Shown here: piece by piece, positions 23,906 through 38,300 of the stretch
How the letters are laid out: the number at the start of each line of letters is the position of its first letter
Position numbering within the stretch: the first letter of the stretch is position 1
Source of the DNA: Macrostomum lignano
Taxonomy: Eukaryota
Direction: 5' to 3'
DNA: 64,000 nt
Assembly (NCBI GenBank): GCA_002269645.1
Contig: NIVC01000232.1
Span: forward strand, 381,684 to 445,683
Notes under the pieces: generated by a model
The model's database searches: none
Told to the model about the DNA's origin: nothing
Seen by the model: only the letters and a program-made list of their open reading frames with translations
Position numbers and translations under genes: made by a program

Positions 23906-24298
23906 ATAACAGAGAAATCAACAGAAACCAAGAAACCAAGGCTATGAAATTGAAAACATTTACTTTAATAATATCATATACGCTAAAACTACTTGTGCGC
24001 AATGCGCATAGTTTGACGAAGAAATCAGGTCAAAACAGTAAGAGGAAGTAGAGAGACGGGGTGCTTGACAAAAACCTAACACAATCGGAGGCAATATAAG
24101 ACCGCCTATTCAGGCAGCTAGCAGCTGAACAAACATACGGTAGGGAATATTGGATCAGAAATTCTCAATAAGTCGTGGGTGGGTGCGAGTGAACCTTTAC
24201 CGGCAAAGAATAAGCTGTTGACTTATAGTTTTATAGACAGAATCATAAGAGTCAATAATTGACTTTGCACTGACTGACTGACTGACAATCAAAATGAT

Positions 24299-27200
24299 TC
24301 ACTGACAAACCCAACACACTGACAGAGTGACTCACTGACAAACCCAACACACTGACAGAGTGACTCACTGACAAACCCAACACACTGACTGAGTGACTCA
24401 CTGACATACCCAACACACTGACAGAGTGACTCACTGACAAACCCAACACACTTACAGAGTGACTCACTGACAAACCCAACACACTGACAGAGTGACTCAC
24501 TGACAAACCCAACACACTGACAGAGTGACTCACTGACAAACCTAACACACTGACAGAGTGACTCACTGACAAACCCAACACACTGACAGAGTGACTCACT
24601 GACAAACCTAACACACTGACAGAGTGACTCACTGACAAACCCAACACACTGACAGAGTGACTCACTGACAAACCTAACACACTGACAGAGTGACTCACTG
24701 ACAAACCCAACACACTGACAGAGTGACTCACTGACAAACCTAACACACTGACAGAGTGACTCACTGACAAACCTAACACACTGACTGAGTGACTCACTGA
24801 CAAACCTAACACACTGACAGAGTGACTCACTGACAAACCTAACACACTGACAGAGTGACTCACTGACAAACCCAACACACTGACAGAGTGACTCACTGAC
24901 AAACCTAACACACTGACAGAGTGACTCACTGAAAAACCCAACACACTGACAGAGTGACTCACTGACAAACCTAACACACTGACTGAGTGACTCACTGACA
25001 AACCCAACACACTGACAGAGTGACTCACTGACAAACCTAACACACTGACAGAGTGACTCACTGACAAACCCAACACACTGACAGAGTGACTCACTGACAA
25101 ACCTAACACACTGACAGAGTGACTCACTGACAAACCTAACACACTGACTGAGTGACTCACTGACAAACCTAACACACTGACAGAGTGACTCACTGACAAA
25201 CCTAACACACTGACAGAGTGACTCACTGACAAACCCAACACACTGACAGAGTGACTCACTGACAAACCTAACACACTGACAGAGTGACTCACTGAAAAAC
25301 CCAACACACTGACAGAGTGACTCACTGACAAACCTAACACACTGACTGAGTGACTCACTGACAAACCCAACACACTGACAGAGTGACTCACTGACAAACC
25401 CAACACACTGACAGAGTGACTCACTGACAAACCTAACACACTGACAGAGTGACTCACTGACAAACCTAACACACTGACAGAGTGACTCACTGACAAACCT
25501 AACACACTGACAGAGTGACTCACTGACAAACCCAACACACTGACAGAGTGACTCACTGACAAACCCAACACACTGACAGAGTGACTCACTGACAAACCTA
25601 ACACACTGACTGAGTGACTCACTGACAAACCTAACACACTGACAGAGTGACTCACTGACAAACCTAACACACTGACAGAGTGACTCACTGACAAACCCAA
25701 CACACTGACAGAGTGACTCACTGACAAACCCAACACACTGACAGAGTGACTCACTGACAAACCCAACACACTGACAGAGTGACTCACTGACAAACCCAAC
25801 ACACTGACAGAGTGACTCACTGACAAACCTAACACACTGACTGAGTGACTCACTGACAAACCTAACACACTGACAGAGTGACTCACTGACAAACCTAACA
25901 CACTGACAGAGTGACTCACTGACAAACCCAACACACTGACAGAGTGACTCACTGACAAACCCAACACACTGACTGAGTGACTCACTGACAAACCTAACAC
26001 ACTGACAGAGTGACTCACTGACAAACCTAACACACTGACAGAGTGACTCACTGACAAACCCAACACACTGACAGAGTGACTCACTGACAAACCCAACACA
26101 CTGACAGAGTGACTCACTGACAAACCCAACACACTGACAGAGTGACTCACTGACAAACCCAACACACTGACAGAGTGACTCACTGACAAACCCAACACAC
26201 TGACTGAGTGACTCACTGACAAACCTAACACACTGACAGAGTGACTCACTGACAAACCCAACACACTGACAGAGTGACTCACTGACAAACCCAACACACT
26301 GACAGAGTGACTCACTGACAAACCCAACACACTGACAGAGTGACTCACTGACAAACCCAACACACTGACAGAGTGACTCACTGACAAACCTAACACACTG
26401 ACTGAGTGACTCACTGACAAACCTAACACACTGACAGAGTGACTCACTGACAAACCTAACACACTGACAGAGTGACTCACTGACAAACCCAACACACTGA
26501 CAGAGTGACTCACTGACAAACCCAACACACTGACAGAGTGACTCACTGACAAACCCAACACACTGACTGAGTGACTCACTGACAAACCTAACACACTGAC
26601 AGAGTGACTCACTGACAAACCCAACACACTGACAGAGTGACTCACTGACAAACCCAACACACTGACAGAGTGACTCACTGACAAACCTAACACACTGACA
26701 GAGTGACTCACTGACAAACCCAACACACTGACAGAGTGACTCACTGACAAACCTAACACACTGACTGAGTGACTCACTGACAAACCCAACACACTGACAG
26801 AGTGACTCACTGACAAACCCAACACACTGACAGAGTGACTCACTGACAAACCTAACACACTGACAGAGTGACTCACTGACAAACCCAACACACTGACAGA
26901 GTGACTCACTGACAAACCCAACACACTGACAGAGTGACTCACTGACAAACCTAACACACTGACAGAGTGACTCACTGACAAACCCAACACACTGACAGAG
27001 TGACTCACTGACAAACCCAACACACTGACAGAGTGACTCACTGACAAACCTAACACACTGACAGAGTGACTCACTGACAAACCTAACACACTGACAGAGT
27101 GACTCACTGACAAACCCAACACACTGACAGAGTGACTCACTGACAAACCCAACACACTGACAGAGTGACTCACTGACAAACCTAACACACTGACAGAGTG

Positions 27201-27628
27201 ACTCACTGACAAACCCAACACACTGACAGAGTGACTCACTGACAAACCCAACACACTGACAGAGTGACTCACTGACAAACCCAACACACTGACAGAGTGA
27301 CTCACTGACAAACCCAACACACTGACAGAGTGACTCACTGACAAACCCAACACACTGACACAGTGACTCACTGACAAACCCAACACACTGACACAGTGAC
27401 TCACTGACAAACCCAACACACTGACAGAGTGACTCACTGACAAACCTAACACACTGACACAGTGACTCACTGACAAACCCAACACACTGACAGAGTGACT
27501 CACTGACAAACCCAACACACTGACAGAGTGACTCACTGACAAACCCAACACACTGACAGAGTGACTCACTGACAAACCCAACACACTGACAGAGTGACTC
27601 ACTGACAAACCCAACACACTGACTGAGT
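24299..27628. repeat. 33-bp minisatellite (actgacagagtgactcactgacaaacccaacac), about 100 units, SLC35A copy 1 intron 2
   Basis: Highly homogeneous, with two main dimorphic positions (ccc/cct and aca/act). Confidence 0.98.
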
Positions 27629-27704
27629 GGCTCAGTTGAAACGCAGACAATCAGATTGATACAGCTTAAACAATGATTTATAACAGATGAATTGAATTTC
27701 TTAC

Positions 27705-27918
27705 CTGACATCAGACACGCTACAACCACAGCCAGCAATCCCAGCAAAGGATTCTGTTCCACGCCAACTTTATTATAATGTTTAACAGTCTGCAACTGCA
27801 CAATGGCGACGCCAGCAAACAGGGCCACCAAGCTGACCCATTGTATTTTGCTCAACGCTTTACGGAGAATTATAACCGAAAAGAATGCCGTAGTGAGCAG
27901 TTTCAACTGGTAGGTGAC
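27705..27918 (-). CDS. SLC35A: SLC35A copy 1, exon 2
   Basis: VTYQLKLLTTAFFSVIILRKALSKIQWVSLVALFAGVAIVQLQ...QNPLLGLLAVVVACLMS; ccccag acceptor, G|gtaaga donor. Confidence 0.9.
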
Positions 27919-27969
27919 CTGGGGTGTTGGTGAATTTGGTGAATGTGCAAGTAAACACGCTTTCTCCAT

Positions 27970-29020
27970 CAAACAGCCCCTGTCTTTAAGTACCTTTTCC
28001 TTCAAACACTATCTGTCTTTAAGCGCCTTTTCCTTTAAACAGCCCCTGTCTTTAAGCGCATTTTCCTTTAAACAGCCCCTGTCTTTAAGCGCCTTTTCTT
28101 TCTAACAGCCGCTGTCTTTAAGCGCCTTTTCTTTCTAACAGCCCCTGTCTTATAGCGTTTTTCCATTCAAACAGCCCCTGTCTTTAAGTACCTTTTCCAT
28201 TAAAACACTATCTGTCTTTAAGCGCGTTTTCCTTTAAACAGCCCCTGTCTTTAAGCGCCTTTTCCTTTAAACAGCCCCTGTCTTTAAGCGCCTTTTCTTT
28301 CTAACAGCCGCTGTCTTTAAGCGCCTTTTCTTTCTAACAGCCGCTGTCTTTGAGCGCCTTTTCCTTCAAACAGCCCCTGTCTTTAAGCGCCTTTTCCTTC
28401 AAACAGCCCCTGTCTTTGAGCGCCTTTTCCTTCAAACAGCCCTAGTCTTTAAGCGCTTCCTCCCTTCAAACAGCCCTAGTCTTTAAGCGCTTCCTCCCTT
28501 CAAACAGCCCTAGTCTTTAAGCGCTTCCTCCCTTCAAACAGCCCCAGTCTTTAAGCGCTTCTTCCCTTCAAACAGCCTCAGTCTTTAAGCGCTTCCTCCC
28601 GTCAAACAGCCCCAGTCTTTAAGCGCTTCCTTCCTTCAAACAGCCCCAGTCTTTAAGCGCTTCCTCCCTTAAAACAGCCCCAGTCTTTAAGCGCTTCCTC
28701 CCTTCAAATAGCCCCAGTCTTTAAGCGCTTCCTTCCTTCAAACAGCCCCAGTCTTTAAGCGCTTCCTCCCTTCAAACAGCCCCAGTCTTTAAGCGCTTCC
28801 TCCCTTAAAACAGCCCCAGTCTTTAAGCGCTTCCTCCCTTCAAATAGCCCCAGTCTTTAAGCGCTTCCTTCCTTCAAACAGCCCCAGTCTTTAAGCGCTT
28901 CCTTCCTTCAAACAGCCCCAGTCTTTAAGCGCTTCCTCCCTTCAAACAGCCCCAGTCTTTAAGCGCTTCCTTCCTTCAAACAGCCCCTGTCTTTAAGCGC
29001 TTCCTCCCTTAAAACAGCCC
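27970..29020. repeat. 32-bp minisatellite (aaacagcccctgtctttaagcgccttttcctt), SLC35A intron 1; duplicated at 39046-40096
   Basis: About 33 units with a polar gradient of variants. Confidence 0.95.
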
Positions 29021-29054
29021 GTATTTAAACGCCAAACTGCCAGACTAAGCTCAC

Positions 29055-29396
29055 CTGATAAGTAACAGCATCAAGGTTACTAATAGCAACATAGAGCAGA
29101 TTATTTTGCAGCACATATATCACAGCTGGTACAGATATTTTCAAACAGTCAATAGGATCTCCATATGTATTTTTAATGAGAAAATCGCTGAATGATTTCA
29201 TAGAGCCGCACTCCCAGGCCACCAAGCCGCAGGACACAAAGAATTTCACCACCTCAGAGCAGACAACAGCAGTAGATGAGAAGAACATATCCCCAGGTCT
29301 GGTGCGAATGTAGCGCATCACAAGAATCAATGACACATTTTGCAATGTTAAAATAATCAATGTTGAAACTTTTATTAATTGATTATTTCCAGCCAT
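29055..29396 (-). CDS. SLC35A: SLC35A (UDP-Gal/UDP-GlcNAc transporter-like) copy 1, exon 1
   Basis: MAGNNQLIKVSTLIILTLQNVSLILVMRYIRTRPGDMFFSSTAVVCSEVVKF...ISVPAVIYVLQNNLLYVAISNLDAVTYQ|gtgagc; QNNLLYVA-SNLDA motif of SLC35A1-3. An alternative ATG lies at 29417. Confidence 0.9.
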
Positions 29397-32300
29397 GGTA
29401 ACCAATTGATCTGGCATGTGATATGCAACTTTGTTGCTTATCTGTTTGTCATGCATAATAATATGAAATATAGATGAAAATTATGCACAGGCAAATTGAA
29501 TAATTGAATTGATTGAATATTTTGTTATAATATTTAATTAGTATCAATTTTAATATTAGACCTTTGAAAATCTAATTAAAATTTATAAAAATTATCTAAT
29601 TGCCAAAATTATAACTTCTTATATAAAAGTTTATATTAGTTCTTTTTTAAATCTATCCTATCAAAAAACTGACGATGACAATCTTTTTATGGCTTTGACT
29701 TTTAATTTGGCCATACCAATATGAAAATGGTTCTAGGGAACATATTGTTACCATGAAATTTATACTTGTATCTATAGTTAACATGTTTTTCAAAGAGTCT
29801 ATGTGTCTCTCTCAGAGGCCTAGTATAGTATAGTTTTATAATGGACCCTCTGGATTAGCCTTGAATTGATTGGATTCTTAGCTAGTTAGCATTTTTAACT
29901 AACTTAGTTGCATCAATAACTAGGTGTAAGTCATCCATTGTTGCTATCTTTGGCAAATTATCTGGTTAGAATACTCAAAAGTAAATAGGTCTAACTTGAA
30001 ATACAACTCTCTATGTTAATATAGTCTATAGCAATATTCATTTAGGGCTTCTTATAATAAAATTCATTAGATAGAAAGCAATTTATAACTTTAGGGGTTT
30101 AGGGCCATCTTTAGGTCATAGAATATATCTACTTAAGGGTTAGAAAGTCAAGGCCTTGAAAATGACTCTTGTAGTATATGGCCTACTATTAGCACCACCT
30201 AGGAGAAAGTTGAGGCAGTAACCAATTTGCTTGATAAGGATTGCCAAATTCAAGTTGCCACAATTGCCTAACCTGTGGCCATCTTAGCTAGGTCAGTGAA
30301 TAAGATCATATGCCAAATCCTAAAATACAATAAGATTAGTGCCTGATAAGTATCCCAAATGCTTTCATAGGACCACAAGCAAAACTGGCTTAGCTCTTGC
30401 TGGCTTATGCTAGACTTTTGCAACGAGAACCCAGATGGATTTAAGTGACAAATCATAACTGAAAATGAATACTGGATCTACTACTTTGATCCTAAGTTTA
30501 GGCAAGATTCCATAGACTGGCAGCATTCTACCTAGGGAAGGGGCCCTACAAGTTCAAGCAAGCAAAAATTAGCTAGCAAGCTCTTAGCCTCTTAGCCTGT
30601 TTCTTTTGGGACTATCAAGGAATCCTACTTGCCAAGTACTTGCTTATTGGGCACATTGCCATAGGTATCTGGTATGCTGAATAGCTAGGCTAGCTTTATT
30701 ATGCAGTTGTCCAGAAGAAACAGGGAAGGTAAATGCTGCCCCCTTTCCTCTATTGCTTCATAACAATACCTCAGTTCACACTGCCCATGGTTGCAATTAA
30801 TGCTGCCACTACTGTGGGGTTTGAAATCCTTATCTATCTGGCTTATTCATTAGAGGTCAGACGGGATTGAAATCTTTGGGCGGGATTGAGATAGGGATTC
30901 AGGAATTGGGATCAGGTCTTTTAATGTATTGTCCATATAAAGTTAAACAAAATTGAGAAAAGATTGTCAAGATCAAAAAGTAAAACACAACAAAATTGAT
31001 ATGAAGTTTTATAACCAACAAAATAAATAATGTAACGAGTACAAGTTAAAGCAAAATACCTTCAAGCAATCACTAATACTAATTGTCTAATTCTATAAAT
31101 TTTAATCAAAAGACCTTTTCTTGAATCTTGAGTTTTTTAGGGTCAGGATTCTGGTCCCGCGGGAATTCAATTTTCCTTGGGATCCCAAGATTTTGGGATT
31201 GGGATCGGGATCCCATCGGACCTCTACTATTCACTAGACCTGGCACACCCAATTTCTATCTATTTTCCCATCAGCATAAGCAGCTACTCTGTAGGGCCTA
31301 GGCACTATTTTGAGTTTAACAAAGGGGTCATCAACCTTGCCAACTAGTGGCTAGAGGACCAACTAGCCAAGTTCTACACTAGTGATATCCGGGTACTGCT
31401 CAACCAATGGCACTATGGCAGAAATGTATTGATTGCCAAGGCCAAGGGGACTATATTCAAAAATAATGCAACATTATTTTGATATTTCTACTCTGTCTAT
31501 AAAATGACAAAACTTTTTAACCCTCTTGTAGATGCTAAAGTTTTTGTAGAATAAAAGAAATTTTCTAATTACAAATTAAAAAAGAACACAATATTTCAAA
31601 ACACATTGCATCATAAAATAAAAAACAAACTTTTAAATTTTTTTTTAAAATTTCATTATCTTTGTAAAGAAGGTATAATATACATTTTATTTAATTAAAT
31701 GATGATATAATAAATGATAATATTAAATATTTCCCCTAAGGGGGACACCAATGGGGGACACCTAAGGGGAATTTCTTAAGTGTCAAGGAAAATAGAATTC
31801 AAAAAAAATAATTTTTTGTCTCTTGCCTATTTATTGGGCGCTCCTAAGAGGGGGCACTAGTTAATGAAGACAAAGTCTTTTCGCCCAGTGAGCTTTGGGG
31901 TTGGAATTTTATAATACCTAGTGTTGTATCGATTATTTAAAGACTTTCAAGGCATTATTAACGCTGATGCTCCTAATATTTTGCGTCGTGTCATACATAA
32001 AGTTAGCCTAATAGATAAAGTAGGGCGAGAGTTGTAAAATGTCTCTAACGTCAAATGATTTATAGGAAGGGAATTAGGGATGTCGATTCCCCAGGGAATT
32101 ATCTTATCGGGGACCCCGGTGAAAAGAAAAAATAAGTAAAAACGGCGGATCACTTAAATTGTAAGTGGAATTTTTTAAACTTTGATTTAAGCTTTGTACT
32201 ACATGTTCAAGGCGCAGGGGTAAAAATTTTAAACAATGTTTTTTAAACTGTATTTGACAATGTGGCATCACGAAATCGTGCGCGCACCTTTATCGGAAAA

Positions 32301-32456
32301 GTGCATTTGTTGGAATGCATGCTAAACAGCTACGCTCGTGAGAGGATAATTAATGAATGAGACTGTTTTTATAATCGGAATTTTATTTCTTGCATATATA
32401 TGTAAATCACCATTTTGTCCTTGTCTAATAGGGAGTATATGTATGACACCCCCCTA

Positions 32457-32499
32457 TGCGTCAGTGCCTGACGCATGACGCAGCGCTGCGCCTGCGTCA
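32457..32499. promoter_or_regulatory. Tandem inverted repeats carrying four TGACGCA (CRE/ATF-like) motifs upstream of SLC35A; duplicated at 43534-43576
   Basis: tgcgtcag-tgc-ctgacgca directly followed by tgacgcag-cgctgcgc-ctgcgtca. The regulatory role is inference. Confidence 0.4.
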
Positions 32500-34010
32500 A
32501 GCCGTCAACGCAGACCAACACAGCAGTCACTAGTCAGTAAGGCTTCTTTTTCCTGACGGGTTTCTTTTCTACGTGCAATTTGCTTGATTGAATGACTTAT
32601 TAGTGAAAAAACAATCAAACGTGTGTTGTGTTTCAAATACATGTAATGCATTGAAATAAGCAATTATGCGGTAAAAGAGCATAGACAGAGTTTCAATCAG
32701 CTTTCTGTGAATCAGTTTCTTATTTTAATGGCAAAAATTAAGTTACAAATGCATTTTTTCATATTTTTTCTCCCCAGGGTCCCCGGTTAAATTCCCCGGA
32801 GAGTATTCCCCGACAAGCTCCCCGGGGAGCACTCCCGGGGTCAACATCCCTAGAAGGGAAACTACGAGCATAAGTTCTGCAACACATATACAAGTAGCTA
32901 AGCATTAATAGACGCACTGCACCGATAAAATGTAATGGAATTGCTCGAATCACCGACACCAAGACCCATAAAACTGGAGAAACTGGCAGGATATAGTAGA
33001 TACATGTAGGTCAGAATCAGAAGTGATCATGGGTGGGTGGGTCAAGTGATCATGGGTTCGACCTCGATTGTATTATTCCTTCTTAATCTTATGCAATTAA
33101 TTGTAAATTAGGTATGAAGTAACAGTAATTATCCTTGACCATGCTAGAGTAAAGACAAGTCAAAGTCAAGTTAATAAAAATAGACACACAGTGTAACAAT
33201 AACAATGGTTTTTAGAGCCATTTTTCTTGTCTGTGTTTGTCTTTGTACATACATGTACATTTGGGAAGACTTATCTGGACCCAATCCCTTCTTATTCTAC
33301 ATGTACGCTGTTTTGGGTATGGGGGTTAGAGTTGGGCCGTCTGACACCCCCCTCCCCCCCCCTACCATAGTGGACTGGAGAGAAAGAAGCACATGCTATC
33401 GCTATTGGCTAGCCTGTCGTTCTCTTTCTCTTTACCTTCTGTCTTGTGTAGCGTACACTATCCAATGCACAAGGCCCAACTTTCCACTAAAGGAAGGTTC
33501 ATATAGTCCGCCCATGGGCTTCCTCTTGCTTTCGCGTACACTCAAGGCCACTCACTCTCAACACCAGCCACTAGAGGCTTGTTTTAAATAATCGATCGAT
33601 AATATTAAATGTACACTTGAAAGCTTGCTTTGGATCCTAGCAGAAGGGGGAGAAAGTGGCCAAGGCCACCACACCCCACAAGGCAGGCAGGCCGGCCCGA
33701 GTGCGATAACGAATGACAAAAAAATAGAAAAGTACAATTTACACATCAACTTTCAATACAATAAATACAATAATAGGTACGGTATTAATGACAGTGTATT
33801 TTCGCACAAAGTAGCTACGTTCAAACCACCAGCACGTAAACAGCTAAAATTTCACTGTTTATGACCAACAAAGGATTTGTATCAAAACTATCAATACACC
33901 TGGCTTGTACTTTCTCTTCTACTCCCTATGCATATACAATACATGTTCCCATATTAAATCCCGATTAGCCTTTTACAGCGACGATACACTATATGCAAAC
34001 AAAAATCAGG

Positions 34011-34534
34011 TCAACCAGAATGATCTGACAGTTTCACCGCAACAGAGTCGCCAGTCTGGATGGCATCACCGCCAACGCCGGACAAACCGCTGCTACTTGG
34101 CTTCGGCGTTGGCTGAACAGTCTTAGTTTGCACCGACAGTCGGGCCACCCCAAACTTGGCATAGGCAAAGATAGCGGCAATAACCAGGGAAGTTCCCAGC
34201 ACAAACTGCGGACTCAACTGGAAGTTGAACATGTAGATTGAAAATATGCACGCAATGATGATGGCGGCGGATGTTGCAAATCCTTTAATGATATTGTCGA
34301 GATATTTCACTACAACGGCTACTACAAGGCCGCCAACGCTCTGCAGTAAGATGACGAACAGCACCCAGCCGTCGTAACCATACAGGAATCCTTTGTTCAT
34401 CAGCATGGAGCCGTCATTAATATAAGCGGTTGCCACGCCGAATAGCACGCCTTCAAATGCAAGCTGAACATTGCGCCACCATAGCGACTTCTCCGTGTTC
34501 TTGAGCATGAACTCAAAGTAAACACCAGCGAAGC
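34011..34534 (-). CDS. SLC35A: SLC35A copy 2, exon 3 (intact)
   Basis: Intact frame to the stop at 34011 (...FVLGTSLVIAAIFAYAK...VKLSDHSG*); total protein about 359 aa. Confidence 0.9.
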
Positions 34535-35374
34535 CTGCGCGAGTTGGAAGGGCTCTGGAATGTATCTAACACACGAAAGTGTATATCTAAAATATGCAAC
34601 TGTGTATTTAACATATACAATTATGTATCTAACAAGTAAGAGATGTGTCTAACAGGTAAGAGATGTATCTAACAAGTAAGAGAAGTGTCTAACAGGTAAG
34701 AGATGTATCTAACAAGTAAGAGAAGTGTCTAACAGGTAAGATATGTATCTAACAGATAAGAGATGTATCTTAAAGCCGTAAAAGGTAGGAGAAGTGTCTA
34801 ACAGATATGTCTATCAGCTGTAAAAGATGTTTCTAACAGATGAGAGATGTGTCTAACAGGTAAGAGTTGTGTCTAACAGGTAAGAGATGTGTCTAACAAG
34901 TCAGAGATGTGTCTAACAGGTAAGAGATGTGTCTAACAGGTAAGAGATGTGTCTAACAAGTCAGAGATGTGTCGAACAGGTATAACAGAGAAATCAACAG
35001 AAACCAAGAAACCAAGGCTATGAAATTGAAAACATTTACTTTAATAATATCATATACGCTAAAACTACTTGTGCGCAATGCGCATAGTTTGACGAAGAAA
35101 TCAGGTCAAAACAGTAAGAGGAAGTAGAGAGACGGGGTGCTTGACAAAAACCTAACACAATCGGAGGCAATATAAGACCGCCTATTCAGGCAGCTAGCAG
35201 CTGAACAAACATACGGTAGGGAATATTGGATCAGAAATTCTCAATAAGTCGTGGGTGGGTGCGAGTGAACCTTTACCGGCAAAGAATAAGCTGTTGACTT
35301 ATAGTTTTATAGACAGAATCATAAGAGTCAATAATTGACTTTGCACTGACTGACTGACTGACAATCAAAATGAT

Positions 35375-38300
35375 TCACTGACAAACCCAACACACTGACA
35401 GAGTGACTCACTGACAAACCCAACACACTGACAGAGTGACTCACTGACAAACCCAACACACTGACTGAGTGACTCACTGACATACCCAACACACTGACAG
35501 AGTGACTCACTGACAAACCCAACACACTTACAGAGTGACTCACTGACAAACCCAACACACTGACAGAGTGACTCACTGACAAACCCAACACACTGACAGA
35601 GTGACTCACTGACAAACCTAACACACTGACAGAGTGACTCACTGACAAACCCAACACACTGACAGAGTGACTCACTGACAAACCTAACACACTGACAGAG
35701 TGACTCACTGACAAACCCAACACACTGACAGAGTGACTCACTGACAAACCTAACACACTGACAGAGTGACTCACTGACAAACCCAACACACTGACAGAGT
35801 GACTCACTGACAAACCTAACACACTGACAGAGTGACTCACTGACAAACCTAACACACTGACTGAGTGACTCACTGACAAACCTAACACACTGACAGAGTG
35901 ACTCACTGACAAACCTAACACACTGACAGAGTGACTCACTGACAAACCCAACACACTGACAGAGTGACTCACTGACAAACCTAACACACTGACAGAGTGA
36001 CTCACTGAAAAACCCAACACACTGACAGAGTGACTCACTGACAAACCTAACACACTGACTGAGTGACTCACTGACAAACCCAACACACTGACAGAGTGAC
36101 TCACTGACAAACCTAACACACTGACAGAGTGACTCACTGACAAACCCAACACACTGACAGAGTGACTCACTGACAAACCTAACACACTGACAGAGTGACT
36201 CACTGACAAACCTAACACACTGACTGAGTGACTCACTGACAAACCTAACACACTGACAGAGTGACTCACTGACAAACCTAACACACTGACAGAGTGACTC
36301 ACTGACAAACCCAACACACTGACAGAGTGACTCACTGACAAACCTAACACACTGACAGAGTGACTCACTGAAAAACCCAACACACTGACAGAGTGACTCA
36401 CTGACAAACCTAACACACTGACTGAGTGACTCACTGACAAACCCAACACACTGACAGAGTGACTCACTGACAAACCCAACACACTGACAGAGTGACTCAC
36501 TGACAAACCTAACACACTGACAGAGTGACTCACTGACAAACCTAACACACTGACAGAGTGACTCACTGACAAACCTAACACACTGACAGAGTGACTCACT
36601 GACAAACCCAACACACTGACAGAGTGACTCACTGACAAACCCAACACACTGACAGAGTGACTCACTGACAAACCTAACACACTGACTGAGTGACTCACTG
36701 ACAAACCTAACACACTGACAGAGTGACTCACTGACAAACCTAACACACTGACAGAGTGACTCACTGACAAACCCAACACACTGACAGAGTGACTCACTGA
36801 CAAACCCAACACACTGACAGAGTGACTCACTGACAAACCCAACACACTGACAGAGTGACTCACTGACAAACCCAACACACTGACAGAGTGACTCACTGAC
36901 AAACCTAACACACTGACTGAGTGACTCACTGACAAACCTAACACACTGACAGAGTGACTCACTGACAAACCTAACACACTGACAGAGTGACTCACTGACA
37001 AACCCAACACACTGACAGAGTGACTCACTGACAAACCCAACACACTGACTGAGTGACTCACTGACAAACCTAACACACTGACAGAGTGACTCACTGACAA
37101 ACCTAACACACTGACAGAGTGACTCACTGACAAACCCAACACACTGACAGAGTGACTCACTGACAAACCCAACACACTGACAGAGTGACTCACTGACAAA
37201 CCCAACACACTGACAGAGTGACTCACTGACAAACCCAACACACTGACAGAGTGACTCACTGACAAACCCAACACACTGACTGAGTGACTCACTGACAAAC
37301 CTAACACACTGACAGAGTGACTCACTGACAAACCCAACACACTGACAGAGTGACTCACTGACAAACCCAACACACTGACAGAGTGACTCACTGACAAACC
37401 CAACACACTGACAGAGTGACTCACTGACAAACCCAACACACTGACAGAGTGACTCACTGACAAACCTAACACACTGACTGAGTGACTCACTGACAAACCT
37501 AACACACTGACAGAGTGACTCACTGACAAACCTAACACACTGACAGAGTGACTCACTGACAAACCCAACACACTGACAGAGTGACTCACTGACAAACCCA
37601 ACACACTGACAGAGTGACTCACTGACAAACCCAACACACTGACTGAGTGACTCACTGACAAACCTAACACACTGACAGAGTGACTCACTGACAAACCCAA
37701 CACACTGACAGAGTGACTCACTGACAAACCCAACACACTGACAGAGTGACTCACTGACAAACCTAACACACTGACAGAGTGACTCACTGACAAACCCAAC
37801 ACACTGACAGAGTGACTCACTGACAAACCTAACACACTGACTGAGTGACTCACTGACAAACCCAACACACTGACAGAGTGACTCACTGACAAACCCAACA
37901 CACTGACAGAGTGACTCACTGACAAACCTAACACACTGACAGAGTGACTCACTGACAAACCCAACACACTGACAGAGTGACTCACTGACAAACCCAACAC
38001 ACTGACAGAGTGACTCACTGACAAACCTAACACACTGACAGAGTGACTCACTGACAAACCCAACACACTGACAGAGTGACTCACTGACAAACCCAACACA
38101 CTGACAGAGTGACTCACTGACAAACCTAACACACTGACAGAGTGACTCACTGACAAACCTAACACACTGACAGAGTGACTCACTGACAAACCCAACACAC
38201 TGACAGAGTGACTCACTGACAAACCCAACACACTGACAGAGTGACTCACTGACAAACCTAACACACTGACAGAGTGACTCACTGACAAACCCAACACACT

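Noticed and set aside
24252-27650. 1132-aa SHSVSVLGLSV ORF (and its copy at 35328-38726)
   Set aside because: Pure 33-bp minisatellite in an intron defined by good splice sites.
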